A stretch of DNA of 64,000 bases. It comes from Bacillota bacterium (lineage in GTDB: Bacteria; Bacillota; DTU025). The notes under the pieces are model-generated. The model searched no databases, was not told the DNA's origin, and saw nothing but the letters and a program-made list of their open reading frames with translations. A program made the position numbers and the translations under genes. Shown in pieces: positions 1 through 9,363 of the stretch; position 1 is the stretch's first letter, and the number at the start of each line of letters is the position of its first letter. The stretch is taken from positions 64,001-128,000 of the forward strand of contig JBMNJT010000003.1 in the NCBI GenBank assembly GCA_050951805.1, in the 5' to 3' direction.

Positions 1-346
1 CGGGTGATGGCTGGGGATAACCGCACACTGATGGAAGGAGCAGAAGAGCGCGGCGAAACTCTGGCGGAGCGGATGTTAGACGTTCGCTATCTTGGGCGCC
101 GCTCGTTCCCGTTGCGATTGCCGAGAGAACCAATTTGGCCTCAGCCAGCTCTGCGCGGGTTGCTTGGAAGGGGTGTTGTTTGTAAACTCCCTGGCGTCCG
201 CGCGCTTTGTGGCCGTAGCGTTGAGGAACTTCTGCCCAGATAAAGAAGATTCCTCCGAGAGCGCGTGCGTCGGAGATAGCTGTTGAAGTTGAAACTTTGC
301 CCGGCGCCTGTGAAGACGACGGGAGCCATGTTGCATGAATCATCAA
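1..346 (-). CDS. N-terminus of probable SNF2-family (DUF3670-type) helicase, runs off window
   Basis: Own translation, absent from ORF track: TTG(346)/ATG(343) MIHATWLPS...GGIFFIWAE...HPF...ALLLLPS...PQPSP, open to position 1, G-rich RBS upstream. Pattern resembles the N-termini of bacterial SNF2 helicases; helicase motifs are outside the window. Confidence 0.55.
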   Translation of the reverse strand, partial: MMIHATWLPSSSQAPGKVSTSTAISDARALGGIFFIWAEVPQRYGHKARGRQGVYKQHPFQATRAELAEAKLVLSAIATGTSGAQDSERLTSAPPEFRRALLLLPSVCGYPQPSP

Positions 347-539
347 AGCGCAGTCCCCCCCGAGAACAGGTTAGCACAGCTCGGACAGGGCAGCAAGGGA
401 GCCTGCTGATTCTGCGAGATGGCCAAATTGCCATCCACTAGCCTGTGTTTTAAGCAAGTCTCGACACGTGTCTGCGCAATGTTGAAGCTTGTAGCTCTGC
501 GGAATAGGCTTTGGCTCCTCGTCAAGACTGGGAGGCTGC

Positions 540-1802
540 TTACCGCAGTGACGCCCTTTTCGATTCAACCAGCGCATCCAGGAGTCTCTCAGCTTTGCCT
601 GCATCTTGAACCAATGGATTATTGATCAGGGCTAGGAGAGCTCGGTTGTATGAATGGGTGACAGCCGCTTCTATGGTGAGCTCCTCATAAGCCTTGACCT
701 GATGCATGAGTCCGCGTATCTCGGGCTCAATACTGCCGATGTGAATGGGGTGGGCGCCTGTGGCGTCAATTACGGCTGGAATTTCCATGACCGATGACGC
801 CGGAAAGCCGTCGACCGCGCCCGCGTGAGGGATGTCGACTATCTCGACCTTCCCCGAGTCGTTGTATACAGACGACATTACGTCTATGGCGACGGTGGAA
901 TAGTGGGCGCCGCCTCGCTTGGCAAGGGCAGGAGGTTTTGAGACTACAGCGGGATCTTTGTAGATTCTCATCAGCTCTGCCTCTATTTCCATTACCTCTT
1001 CTGCCCGGGTTTTTGGGGAAGATTTTTGCTCTGCTATTGAGTCATCCGGGCGGTAGAAGTATTTCAGGTATGGGGATGGCACCATACTGAGCGCCTCTGC
1101 CAGCTTTGGAGTCGCCGGGGTGCCGGATATGTTTTTCTGCATAGAAGAGGCTGCAATGGTCAGCGCCTGATCGGTTACGTCTTTGCCCAGCCAATGCACC
1201 TTTCGTATCCAGCTCAAGTGGTTCAGTCCAATGTAATCGAGGGAGATCTCGTTCGCTGGGACTCCCAGAGCTCGAGCTGCCTCGAGCTTCATGTTTATGG
1301 GAACGTTGCAGAGGCCGATCGCGCGTACTCTCCCGTGGCGCGCAATGGTTTCTGTAATGATTCCGGAGGGGTTGGTGAAGTTGATCAGCCAAGCGTCAGG
1401 GGCCGCTTCGCGCATAGTTTTGCAGATCTCGAGGATGGGAGGAATGGTCCTTATAGCCTTGGCAAATCCCGCGAACCCGGTGGTCTCTTGGCCGATGAGC
1501 CCGTGTTCCATCGCGAGTTTGCAGTCGAGATCTCGCCAGAGTTGGCCTCCGACGCGTATTTGGGTAACTACAAAGTCAGCGCCGGCTATTGCATCGCAGG
1601 ACTGTGTATGCATCTCGATGTTTAAGCTTTCCCCGGATGCGTCTACCATCCGCTTGACGAAAGAGCCAACGGTGGTGAGACGTTCTTTGTCTATATCCAT
1701 GAGACTGAGGGTTTCCACGGGGAGGTCCTGGCGGCGACGGATGAGGCCGTCCACGAGCTCCGGTGTATAAGTGCTGCCAGCGCCTACTAATGTAAGTTTC
1801 AT
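540..1802 (-). CDS. 6-phospho-beta-glucosidase, glycoside hydrolase family 4
   Basis: GAGS NAD-binding start, GQETTG, NFTNP, GLCN and GLNH GH4 motifs. Confidence 0.92.
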   Translation of the reverse strand: MKLTLVGAGSTYTPELVDGLIRRRQDLPVETLSLMDIDKERLTTVGSFVKRMVDASGESLNIEMHTQSCDAIAGADFVVTQIRVGGQLWRDLDCKLAMEHGLIGQETTGFAGFAKAIRTIPPILEICKTMREAAPDAWLINFTNPSGIITETIARHGRVRAIGLCNVPINMKLEAARALGVPANEISLDYIGLNHLSWIRKVHWLGKDVTDQALTIAASSMQKNISGTPATPKLAEALSMVPSPYLKYFYRPDDSIAEQKSSPKTRAEEVMEIEAELMRIYKDPAVVSKPPALAKRGGAHYSTVAIDVMSSVYNDSGKVEIVDIPHAGAVDGFPASSVMEIPAVIDATGAHPIHIGSIEPEIRGLMHQVKAYEELTIEAAVTHSYNRALLALINNPLVQDAGKAERLLDALVESKRASLR

Positions 1803-2827
1803 TGTAAGCTCTCACTCCTGTCGAAGGTTGAATATGAGGATTCGAGCCTCTCCATGAATTCCCTGCTGGATTCTACAGCCAAACCCTTGCCTGCCAGGCG
1901 TGTTGCGAGTAAGACCGCGCCGAGGACTGGCTCGGCGGTAGGGACCATAATGCGTGCGTTGGGGTATTCGGGAAGTACTGCCTCGCGTACGGCGGTGAGG
2001 GTGATGGGGTTTGGGTTCTGGGCTATGCTGCCTGCCAGAACGACTGTTGGAGCATCTTCTGGCGAAAAAAGCTCTCTCAGGGCTGCAAGGGCTGATATTC
2101 CTAGCTCGCGCCCGTTGTCGATAAGTATCTCCACGGCTACGCTGTCTCCCCGTTCTGCTGCTTCGAACACCAGCGGGGCGATGGATGAGAAGGCAAAGCC
2201 TTCGCCATCGGCGTAGGTATGGTGGATTACTGATAGCAAATCGGATGAGCCAATATGGCTACGGATCAATTGAGACAGAAGCGTGGGGCGTCCCCGTCCG
2301 TCTTCGCCTCTGATGGCGGCGGAGTAAGCTCGAATTCCGATGACAGACCCGCCTGCGGCATCGCCAAAAGCAGGACTCAGTCCGCCAACCTGTTTTCTTT
2401 GGCCGGTAGCATTTATCCCGATGCAATTGGTTCCTGTGCCGCAGATCACGACAACTCCAGTGCCATCCTCTGAGCCTAGTGCGAGGGGTGCAAGGGCATC
2501 ATTGTCCACCTCCCAGTGCGGCCACGGAGGACTTGGCGTTATCCCGCCTATCATGTCCTCTATGATCTCGAAGTCGAGGGGACGATCTGCTCCGGAAAGC
2601 GCGTAATAGACAGCGAGGCATCCTCGAGGAGCGGATGTTATCTCGGCGATTTCGGAGATGACCTGTCTGATGTTGGATGCGGCTACATCCTTGCCTGCGC
2701 TTTGGTAGTTGGCGGGACCGGATCTTGCCGCAGCGATAATCTCTCCTGCGAGGGTGGCGGCGACTGCGAGGGTCTTGGTGCCTCCGCCGTCAACACCTAT
2801 TACATATGGTGAGTCCTTGGTAGACAT
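1799..2827 (-). CDS. BadF/BadG/BcrA/BcrD-type sugar kinase (N-acetylglucosamine/MurNAc kinase-like)
   Basis: GVDGGGTKT, DND, ICGTG and GDAAGG motifs; 4-bp overlap with the GH4 gene. Confidence 0.88.
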   Translation of the reverse strand: MSTKDSPYVIGVDGGGTKTLAVAATLAGEIIAAARSGPANYQSAGKDVAASNIRQVISEIAEITSAPRGCLAVYYALSGADRPLDFEIIEDMIGGITPSPPWPHWEVDNDALAPLALGSEDGTGVVVICGTGTNCIGINATGQRKQVGGLSPAFGDAAGGSVIGIRAYSAAIRGEDGRGRPTLLSQLIRSHIGSSDLLSVIHHTYADGEGFAFSSIAPLVFEAAERGDSVAVEILIDNGRELGISALAALRELFSPEDAPTVVLAGSIAQNPNPITLTAVREAVLPEYPNARIMVPTAEPVLGAVLLATRLAGKGLAVESSREFMERLESSYSTFDRSESLQ

Positions 2828-3205
2828 GCCATTGATACCTGCCTTGTTCTTAGTCGGTAGATTGCGAAGATAGTTTCACGATGATGTCCACGAGAGGATT
2901 CTGCACAAGTGGGCGTCCTCCTGTCCGTCTTTGTTTGTCCAAGTTTACTTGGTGGCCATGGTTGTGGAGATATCAGGGAGCGGGTAGCCTCTTTGTTATG
3001 TCCGCCGCATTCGAGATCTACAAGAGACGCTGGCCGAGAGAAAGAGTGATAATCGAATTGTCCCACCGTTTTGTATCCACTGTGGCTAAAGCACAGACAG
3101 AACCCGCCAACCGCGTATTCGTGAACGCGCCCTCGGCATAACTTGTCGGCCATGCCAAATAATTATTGAAACAAGGAATGAATTGCATACTGTGCATGGA
3201 ATATA

Positions 3206-3289
3206 AATGTGGAACCGCATACACATTGCCATGACGCTACAGAAAAACGTCGAGGCAAGGGCGGTTAGTAGTGTGAAACCTGTTACACT
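3206..3289. promoter_or_regulatory. Two candidate LacI-family/cre-like operators upstream of the ribose operon
   Basis: aatgTGGAACCGCATACAcatt (3206-3227) and agtgTGAAACCTGTTACAct (3270-3289). Both have palindromic flanks and resemble TGWNANCGNTNWCA. Confidence 0.5.
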
Positions 3290-3368
3290 GTGTCTGTGTT
3301 GATGCCTAGAATCTGCAATATAGATTTCTCATCATAAGGCGAGAGAAGCGGTTGCCAGACAACCAGTT

Positions 3369-4400
3369 ATGAGAAAGTGGTGGGTTGCAATAAGCACCAT
3401 ATATGAGGTGGCGCAGAAAGCGGGAGTATCGGTCGCCACTGCCTCTCGGGCGCTCAATGACAGCGGTTACGTGAGCAGGGAGTCGAGGGACCGTGTCTTG
3501 GCCGCTGCAAAAGCACTGGACTATCACATAAACGTCAACGCGCGCAGCCTTACCAGCGGGAAAACTTACACCATCGCTCTGGTTCTGCCCGATGTCACCA
3601 ACCCGTTCTTTCCTGCGGTTGCAAGGGGTGTTGAAGACTACGCTTCTGACAATGGGTATTGTGTAATACTGTGTAATACAGACGGTAACGCGCGCAAAGA
3701 GTCTGACTATGTAAGGATGTTGCGGTCCAGAAAAGTGGACGGCGTGATATTCGCTGTCAGCGTGGCGTCGAAGTCGAGGGTAAGCGCTTTGACGGACGAT
3801 GGAATTGCGGTAGTCTTAGTCGACAGAGATTTGGGCGATTCATGCGACATTGTGAAAACCGACAATATCGCAGGAGCATTACTGGCCACAAATCACCTCA
3901 TTGGCCTCGGCCACACCAGTATCGCCTTTATCTCCGGCCCCATGTCGTTGGCGACATCTCAGGAACGTTTTCGGGGATACCACGATGCGCTTGTTTCAGG
4001 AGGAGTTTCCTTCGATGAAAGATTGGTGGTCGAGGGCGATTTCCGCATGAAGAGCGGATATGAGGCGATGCGGGACCTTCTAAGAAAGTCGTGCCAGTTC
4101 ACTGCCGTCTTTGCTGCCAATGACCTGATGGCGGTCGGCGCGATGACAGCGCTTGAGGAGAGCGGATTCCATGTGCCGACCGATGTGGCTGTTATGGGAT
4201 ACGACGATATTGATATTGCGTCGGTGACGCGTCCGCGTCTGTCGACTGTTGCGCAGCCCAAGTATGAAATGGGTTGGATTGCGGCGGAGACGGTCATCAG
4301 GCGGATGTGCAATCCCAAGGCGTCTCGCCTGGAGGAGCTTTTGCAGCCTATGTTGGTCATCAGGGATTCCACTGTGGAAAGGAGAGGTGCTTCGGTGTGA
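3369..4400 (+). CDS. rbsR: LacI-family transcriptional regulator (ribose operon repressor)
   Basis: TIYEVAQKAGVSVATASRALN HTH plus sugar-binding domain; leads the rbs genes. Start uncertain (ATG 3369 or ATA 3390). Confidence 0.88.
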   Translation: MRKWWVAISTIYEVAQKAGVSVATASRALNDSGYVSRESRDRVLAAAKALDYHINVNARSLTSGKTYTIALVLPDVTNPFFPAVARGVEDYASDNGYCVILCNTDGNARKESDYVRMLRSRKVDGVIFAVSVASKSRVSALTDDGIAVVLVDRDLGDSCDIVKTDNIAGALLATNHLIGLGHTSIAFISGPMSLATSQERFRGYHDALVSGGVSFDERLVVEGDFRMKSGYEAMRDLLRKSCQFTAVFAANDLMAVGAMTALEESGFHVPTDVAVMGYDDIDIASVTRPRLSTVAQPKYEMGWIAAETVIRRMCNPKASRLEELLQPMLVIRDSTVERRGASV

Positions 4401-5392
4401 GCATAGTCGTTGTGGGAAGTTGCAATATGGACTACATGATGCAGGTCACCAGTCTTCCGAAACGTGGCGAGACGATCTTTGCTGTTAGCCATTCTACTGC
4501 AGCAGGGGGAAAGGGAGCAAACCAGGCGGTTGCCGCTGCGAGGCTGGGATCTCGGGTATACATGGTTGGACGTGTGGGATCTGACGAAGCGGGGCGGGTC
4601 CTTGTGGAGAGCCTGGAAAGGGCCGGTGTAGACGCTTCGAAGGTAGGCAAAGACGCGATGGAGTCGACCGGTTCTGCCTATATAACCGTGGATCGAGATG
4701 GAGCTAATACCATCGTCGTGAACCGGGGCGCCAATTTCGCCATAAAACCTTCACATGTGACGGCCGCTGAAAGCCTGATTCAGGAGGCAGATGTTGTTGT
4801 TGTGCAGCTGGAGACGCCGATTGAGGTAGTCTTCCAGGCCTTGAGGTTAGCACGAAAGCATGGTGCTGTGACGGTGCTCAATCCTGCTCCAATGGCGCCG
4901 TTGAAAGGGGAGATGCTGGCGCTTGCCGACTGGCTGATTCCAAATGAGACGGAGGCGTTCTCGTTGCTGCGTTCGTTGGGTCTATCGCGGGAGCCAAACG
5001 GCAAGATAGTGAAAGGCAGGGATCCTGCTATAGATGTTGCCAGAAGGCTGGCGAATGTGACGGGCTCCAATGTGGTTGTGACTTTTGGGGACAAAGGATG
5101 TGCATATGCAGGCCCGCTCGATCGCGAAGGCATCGCCTTTCCAGCTTACGAGGTAGACGCGATAGACACGACCGGGGCGGGCGATACATTTGTTGGAGCG
5201 CTCGCGTGCGTGTTGGACGAGAGCTTAGGGGGTTCCATAGATATTGCCACGCTTATTGCCCGTGCGCAGGCAGCGGCAGCCATCTCCACTACTAGTCTTG
5301 GAGCGCAGACCTCAATGCCGATCCGCACCGAGGTGGAAGAATTCTTGGCGGAAAGGGGAGGAGGTAGTGGACATGGGCGACAAAGAGGTTGA
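4397..5392 (+). CDS. rbsK: Ribokinase
   Basis: GGKGANQAVAAARLG and DTTGAGDTF PfkB motifs; GTG at 4397 overlaps the rbsR stop, with RBS. Confidence 0.93.
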   Translation: MSIVVVGSCNMDYMMQVTSLPKRGETIFAVSHSTAAGGKGANQAVAAARLGSRVYMVGRVGSDEAGRVLVESLERAGVDASKVGKDAMESTGSAYITVDRDGANTIVVNRGANFAIKPSHVTAAESLIQEADVVVVQLETPIEVVFQALRLARKHGAVTVLNPAPMAPLKGEMLALADWLIPNETEAFSLLRSLGLSREPNGKIVKGRDPAIDVARRLANVTGSNVVVTFGDKGCAYAGPLDREGIAFPAYEVDAIDTTGAGDTFVGALACVLDESLGGSIDIATLIARAQAAAAISTTSLGAQTSMPIRTEVEEFLAERGGGSGHGRQRG

Positions 5393-6893
5393 TCCTATCC
5401 TCAGCATGGAAGGCATATGCAAGAGCTTTCCCGGAGTAAAAGCCTTGGACGGCGTCGATTTCAGCCTATGGCCCAAAGAGGTGCATGCGCTGGTAGGCGA
5501 GAACGGGGCCGGAAAGTCCACTCTCATCAAGATCTTAGCCGGCGTATATAAAATGGATTCCGGGAAGATCCTGGTCGAAGGCCGGCCAGTTGACATCAGT
5601 TCTCCGCGCCAGGCTCAAGAACACGGCATTAGCGTGGTTCACCAAGAGTTCACGCTCGTGCCGCAGATGACTGTTGCTGAGAACATCATGCTATCGAACA
5701 TGCCATCTATTCCTGGGCTCAGGAGCTTGGTTGACAAGAAAACCATGGTCTATGAGTCTGAGAAGATCCTCAACGGCCTTGGTGTGGACATTGACGTCTT
5801 CGCGCCTGTCCGGTTACTGACCATGGCCGAGCAGCAGATAGTAGAGATTGCAAAAGCGCTGTCTGGAAAGACCCGCATCCTCGTGATGGATGAACCTACA
5901 GCAGCCTTGTCTAACGTCGAGGTGGAGCGGCTGTTCGATGTCATCCGAACCCTGATTTTGAAGGGCATAGCTGTTATTTATATCTCCCACAAACTCGAAG
6001 AAGTCTTTCGAATATCCCACAGGATCACTGTCCTTAGAGACGGGCGAGTCGTTTCAAGTTCGCCAATTTCGGAAGTTACGCGAAATGAAGTCGTCAAACA
6101 GATGGTAGGCCGCGAGCTGACAACGATGTACGATAGATGCAAGGCGGACATTGGAGGCCCTGCAATGGAAGTTAAGGGCTTGCTTTTGGATCCGGCAGGA
6201 GAGCCTATATCCTTCACAGTTCACGAAGGCGAGATCCTGGGAATCGCAGGCTTGATGGGCGCCGGTCAGATTCAGTTGGCGAGGGCTCTTTTCGGGATAG
6301 GGCGGACGTACGGCGGAGAGGTTCTTCTCCGGGGAAGACCGGCTAGTCTCTCATCTCCGAGCAAGGCAGTGAGATCCGGTGTGGGCTTGGTGACTGAAAA
6401 CAGAAATGAAGAAGGCCTTGTTCAGCTGCTTTCAGTTTCGAAGAACATCACCATTACGGTTCTGGATGCCATTTCCCGCAGGGGTGTGCTCTCTTCTTGG
6501 ATGGAGGACCGCATTGTTACCGAGAAAATCGAGGAGTTGGACATAAGAACACCGTCTCCAAAGCAGCCTGTCATGAACTTGTCCGGCGGAAACCAGCAGA
6601 AGGTAGTACTTGCAAAGTGGCTTGCTGTTGACCCTGATGTGATGATCATGTGTGAGCCCACGCGCGGCATAGATGTTGGGGCGAAGGCTGAGATCTACAG
6701 GCTCATAGGAGGCATGGCCAAGAACGGCAAGGCAGTGCTCCTGATTTCCTCTGAGATACCCGAGGTTGTTGGAATGAGCGATAGAGTTTTGGTGTTGCAT
6801 TCGGGCAGAGTCGTAGGCGAACTGATGGGCGATGAGTGCACACAGGAAGCGGTATTGAGATTGGCGACTGGGGGTAGTGTTGTTGGCGCCTAG
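5373..6893 (+). CDS. rbsA: Ribose ABC transporter ATP-binding protein (two ABC domains)
   Basis: GENGAGKST, DEPT, LSGGNQQK and EPTRGIDVGAK; RBS GGAGG before ATG 5373. Confidence 0.92.
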   Translation: MGDKEVDPILSMEGICKSFPGVKALDGVDFSLWPKEVHALVGENGAGKSTLIKILAGVYKMDSGKILVEGRPVDISSPRQAQEHGISVVHQEFTLVPQMTVAENIMLSNMPSIPGLRSLVDKKTMVYESEKILNGLGVDIDVFAPVRLLTMAEQQIVEIAKALSGKTRILVMDEPTAALSNVEVERLFDVIRTLILKGIAVIYISHKLEEVFRISHRITVLRDGRVVSSSPISEVTRNEVVKQMVGRELTTMYDRCKADIGGPAMEVKGLLLDPAGEPISFTVHEGEILGIAGLMGAGQIQLARALFGIGRTYGGEVLLRGRPASLSSPSKAVRSGVGLVTENRNEEGLVQLLSVSKNITITVLDAISRRGVLSSWMEDRIVTEKIEELDIRTPSPKQPVMNLSGGNQQKVVLAKWLAVDPDVMIMCEPTRGIDVGAKAEIYRLIGGMAKNGKAVLLISSEIPEVVGMSDRVLVLHSGRVVGELMGDECTQEAVLRLATGGSVVGA

Positions 6894-7833
6894 GCCTGTT
6901 ATCGATATTCTCAGACGTTACGGGATGACTTTCATACTTTTGGCCATGATCGCTGCCCTTTCATTCATGAATCCGCGGTTCTTCTCTGTTTCGAACTTTT
7001 TGACAATAATGAGGCAGGTGGCGATCAACGGAGCACTGGCGGCAGGCATGACCATGGTGATACTTACGGGAGGGATAGACCTTTCGGTGGGCGGAAATGT
7101 GGCCTTAGCGGGGTGTTTTGCAGCAGGCGCTCTGCAATCCACAGGCAACCCTTGGATTGCGATTGTCGTGGCGCTTGGGGTGGGGCTCATGATCGGCATG
7201 GTCAATGGCTTCTTTGTTTCTTATGCGAAGCTCCCGCCATTCATTGTTACTTTGGCTACGTTGGCGCTTGCCAGAGGTTTTACGTTGGTGTACACGGAGG
7301 GCAGGCCAATACTGGTCGATTCTCCAATCTTCGAAGTGATAGGCGGCGGTTTCTTGGCGGGCGTGCCAGTGCCAGTTCTTATCGTGGCAGTGGTCTATTT
7401 GATAGTCGGCTTCGTGTTGAACCGGACGAAGTTTGGACGGCTTGTTTACGCTATAGGCGGAAATGAACAGGCCTGCAGGCTGTCGGGAGTAAACGTTGAG
7501 AGAACCAAGATGTTAGTTTACGTATGGTGCGGCCTTCTGGCAGGGCTGTCATCGGTGATTCTATCAGCGAGGCTGCTTTCAGCCCAGCCCACTGCGGGGA
7601 CGGGTTACGAGCTTGATGCCATTGCTGCAGTTATCCTTGGGGGCACGAGCTTGTCCGGGGGTGAAGGCGGCGTAGGAGGGACGCTTGTCGGCGCTTTCAT
7701 TATTGGAGTGTTGGCGAACGGACTCAATCTGCTCAATGTGTCTCCGTTCTACCAGGATGTGGCCAAAGGCGCTGTGATTCTGGCGGCTGTGCTCATGGAC
7801 AAGGCCTTTCACAGCACTGCCGATGCCAGGTGA
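6877..7833 (+). CDS. rbsC: Ribose ABC transporter permease
   Basis: GGIDLSVG, YAIGGNE and YELDAIAAVILGG motifs. Confidence 0.92.
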   Translation: MLLAPRPVIDILRRYGMTFILLAMIAALSFMNPRFFSVSNFLTIMRQVAINGALAAGMTMVILTGGIDLSVGGNVALAGCFAAGALQSTGNPWIAIVVALGVGLMIGMVNGFFVSYAKLPPFIVTLATLALARGFTLVYTEGRPILVDSPIFEVIGGGFLAGVPVPVLIVAVVYLIVGFVLNRTKFGRLVYAIGGNEQACRLSGVNVERTKMLVYVWCGLLAGLSSVILSARLLSAQPTAGTGYELDAIAAVILGGTSLSGGEGGVGGTLVGAFIIGVLANGLNLLNVSPFYQDVAKGAVILAAVLMDKAFHSTADAR

Positions 7834-7860
7834 TAGACGAAGGATGGAGGACGATAGAGA

Positions 7861-8280
7861 ATGAAGAAATCCGGCATAATCAACCCCGATTTGTGCAGGG
7901 CTATAGCCAGCCTTGGGCATACAGACTCAATTGTCATCTGCGATGCTGGACTGCCGATTCCGCAAGGCGTTGAGAGGATAGATTTGTCATTAGTGCGCGG
8001 TGTGCCGTCTTTTGATCAAGTGTTCCAGGAGGTTGTTCGGGAGTTGCAGGTTGAACGAGCGATAGTGGCAGAGGAAGCGCTGAGGGAAAACCCGCACGTG
8101 ATCAGAGTTATAACGGAAGCTTTGGGCGAAGGTCGAGTCGAGTTCGTGCCCCATTCTAGGCTGAAGGAACTGACGGAGTACGCGAAGACGGTTGTCAGGA
8201 CTGCTGAGTTTAGGCCCTATGCCAATGTCATCTTATACTCGGGTGTTGAGGGCCTGTTCGAGGACGGATTGCCGGATTGA
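7861..8280 (+). CDS. rbsD: D-ribose pyranase
   Basis: LGHTD, DAGLPIP and RTAEFRPYANVIL. Confidence 0.95.
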   Translation: MKKSGIINPDLCRAIASLGHTDSIVICDAGLPIPQGVERIDLSLVRGVPSFDQVFQEVVRELQVERAIVAEEALRENPHVIRVITEALGEGRVEFVPHSRLKELTEYAKTVVRTAEFRPYANVILYSGVEGLFEDGLPD

Positions 8281-8386
8281 CTGGGAGGTGAGCATAAAGG
8301 TCATACACGGGTCATACCGGGCATACTGTGGATGTGTTGGGAGTTTATGGGATACTATGGCACTATGATAAGGGGAGGCGCTTTGA

Positions 8387-9286
8387 ATGAGATCCAATAG
8401 GATACTTTCGGTCTTTCTGTGTGTGCTGATGATAGGGAGCATGTTTGCGTCAATGGCGAGCGCAGCTGCTCCAAAGATTGGTCTTGCGATTTCAACTCTC
8501 AACAACCCGTTCTTTGTGGATCTGAGAGATGGAGCTTTGGAGGAGGCCAAGAAGGCTGGGCTGGGCATTACTGTCGCTGATGCTCAGAATGACCCCAACA
8601 GACAGCTATCGCAGGTGGAAAACTTCATTCAGCAAGGCGTCAACATCATTTTGGTCAACCCTTGCGATTCTGCAGCCATAGTTTCGGCCATAAAGGCGGC
8701 AAATCGAGCGAAGATACCGGTGATCACCGTTGATCGCGGCGCAGATGGCGGTGAAGTCATCTGCCATATTGCGTCCGATAACGTGCAGGGCGGCCAGATG
8801 GCCGGCGAATACTTGGCAAAACTCATCGGCTACAAGGGAAAGGTAGTAGAGATACAGGGCATACCTGGCGCTTCTGCTGCGCGCGACCGGGGGAAAGGCT
8901 TCAATGAGGTGATGAAGAAATACCCGAACATCAAGATTGTCGCGAGACAAGAAGCGGGATTTGACAGGGCGAAGGGCATGACAGTCATGGAGAACATTCT
9001 CCAGGCCCAGCCGGACATAGATGGGGTGTTCTGCCACAACGACGAGATGGCGTTGGGCGCGCTCAGGGCCATAGAGGCTGCTGGCAGGCTGTCTGCCATT
9101 AAGATAGTGGGATTTGACGCTACGGACGATGCCATAAAAGCAGTGAAAGACGGCAAGTTGGTTGCCACTGTAGCCCAGAAGCCTCGCGCAATGGGGAGCA
9201 TGGCAGTGACAGTGGCAAAACGCGTGCTTGATGGGGCTAAGGTGGATGCCTTCATACCTGTTCCGCTGGAGCTCGTGGCAAAGTAG
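8387..9286 (+). CDS. rbsB: Ribose ABC transporter substrate-binding protein
   Basis: Cleavable-type signal peptide (ASA-AA), STLNNPFF, IASDN and HNDEMALG. Confidence 0.93.
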   Translation: MRSNRILSVFLCVLMIGSMFASMASAAAPKIGLAISTLNNPFFVDLRDGALEEAKKAGLGITVADAQNDPNRQLSQVENFIQQGVNIILVNPCDSAAIVSAIKAANRAKIPVITVDRGADGGEVICHIASDNVQGGQMAGEYLAKLIGYKGKVVEIQGIPGASAARDRGKGFNEVMKKYPNIKIVARQEAGFDRAKGMTVMENILQAQPDIDGVFCHNDEMALGALRAIEAAGRLSAIKIVGFDATDDAIKAVKDGKLVATVAQKPRAMGSMAVTVAKRVLDGAKVDAFIPVPLELVAK

Positions 9287-9319
9287 TCATCGAGTTGCAT
9301 AGAGAATAGGTTATAGACT

Positions 9320-9363
9320 GTGGAGCGGTTGTGGCCAAGGCCACTTGGCTGCAGCCGCTTCAT
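9320..9363 (+). terminator. Long hairpin after rbsB, probable terminator
   Basis: GGAGCGGTTGTGGCCAAG-gcca-CTTGGCTGCAGCCGCTTC; no clear U-tract. Confidence 0.5.

Noticed and set aside
4-434. Short ORFs 4..243, 76..336, 92..286 and 141..434
   Set aside because: No recognisable motifs; better explained as shadows of the minus-strand helicase-like frame.
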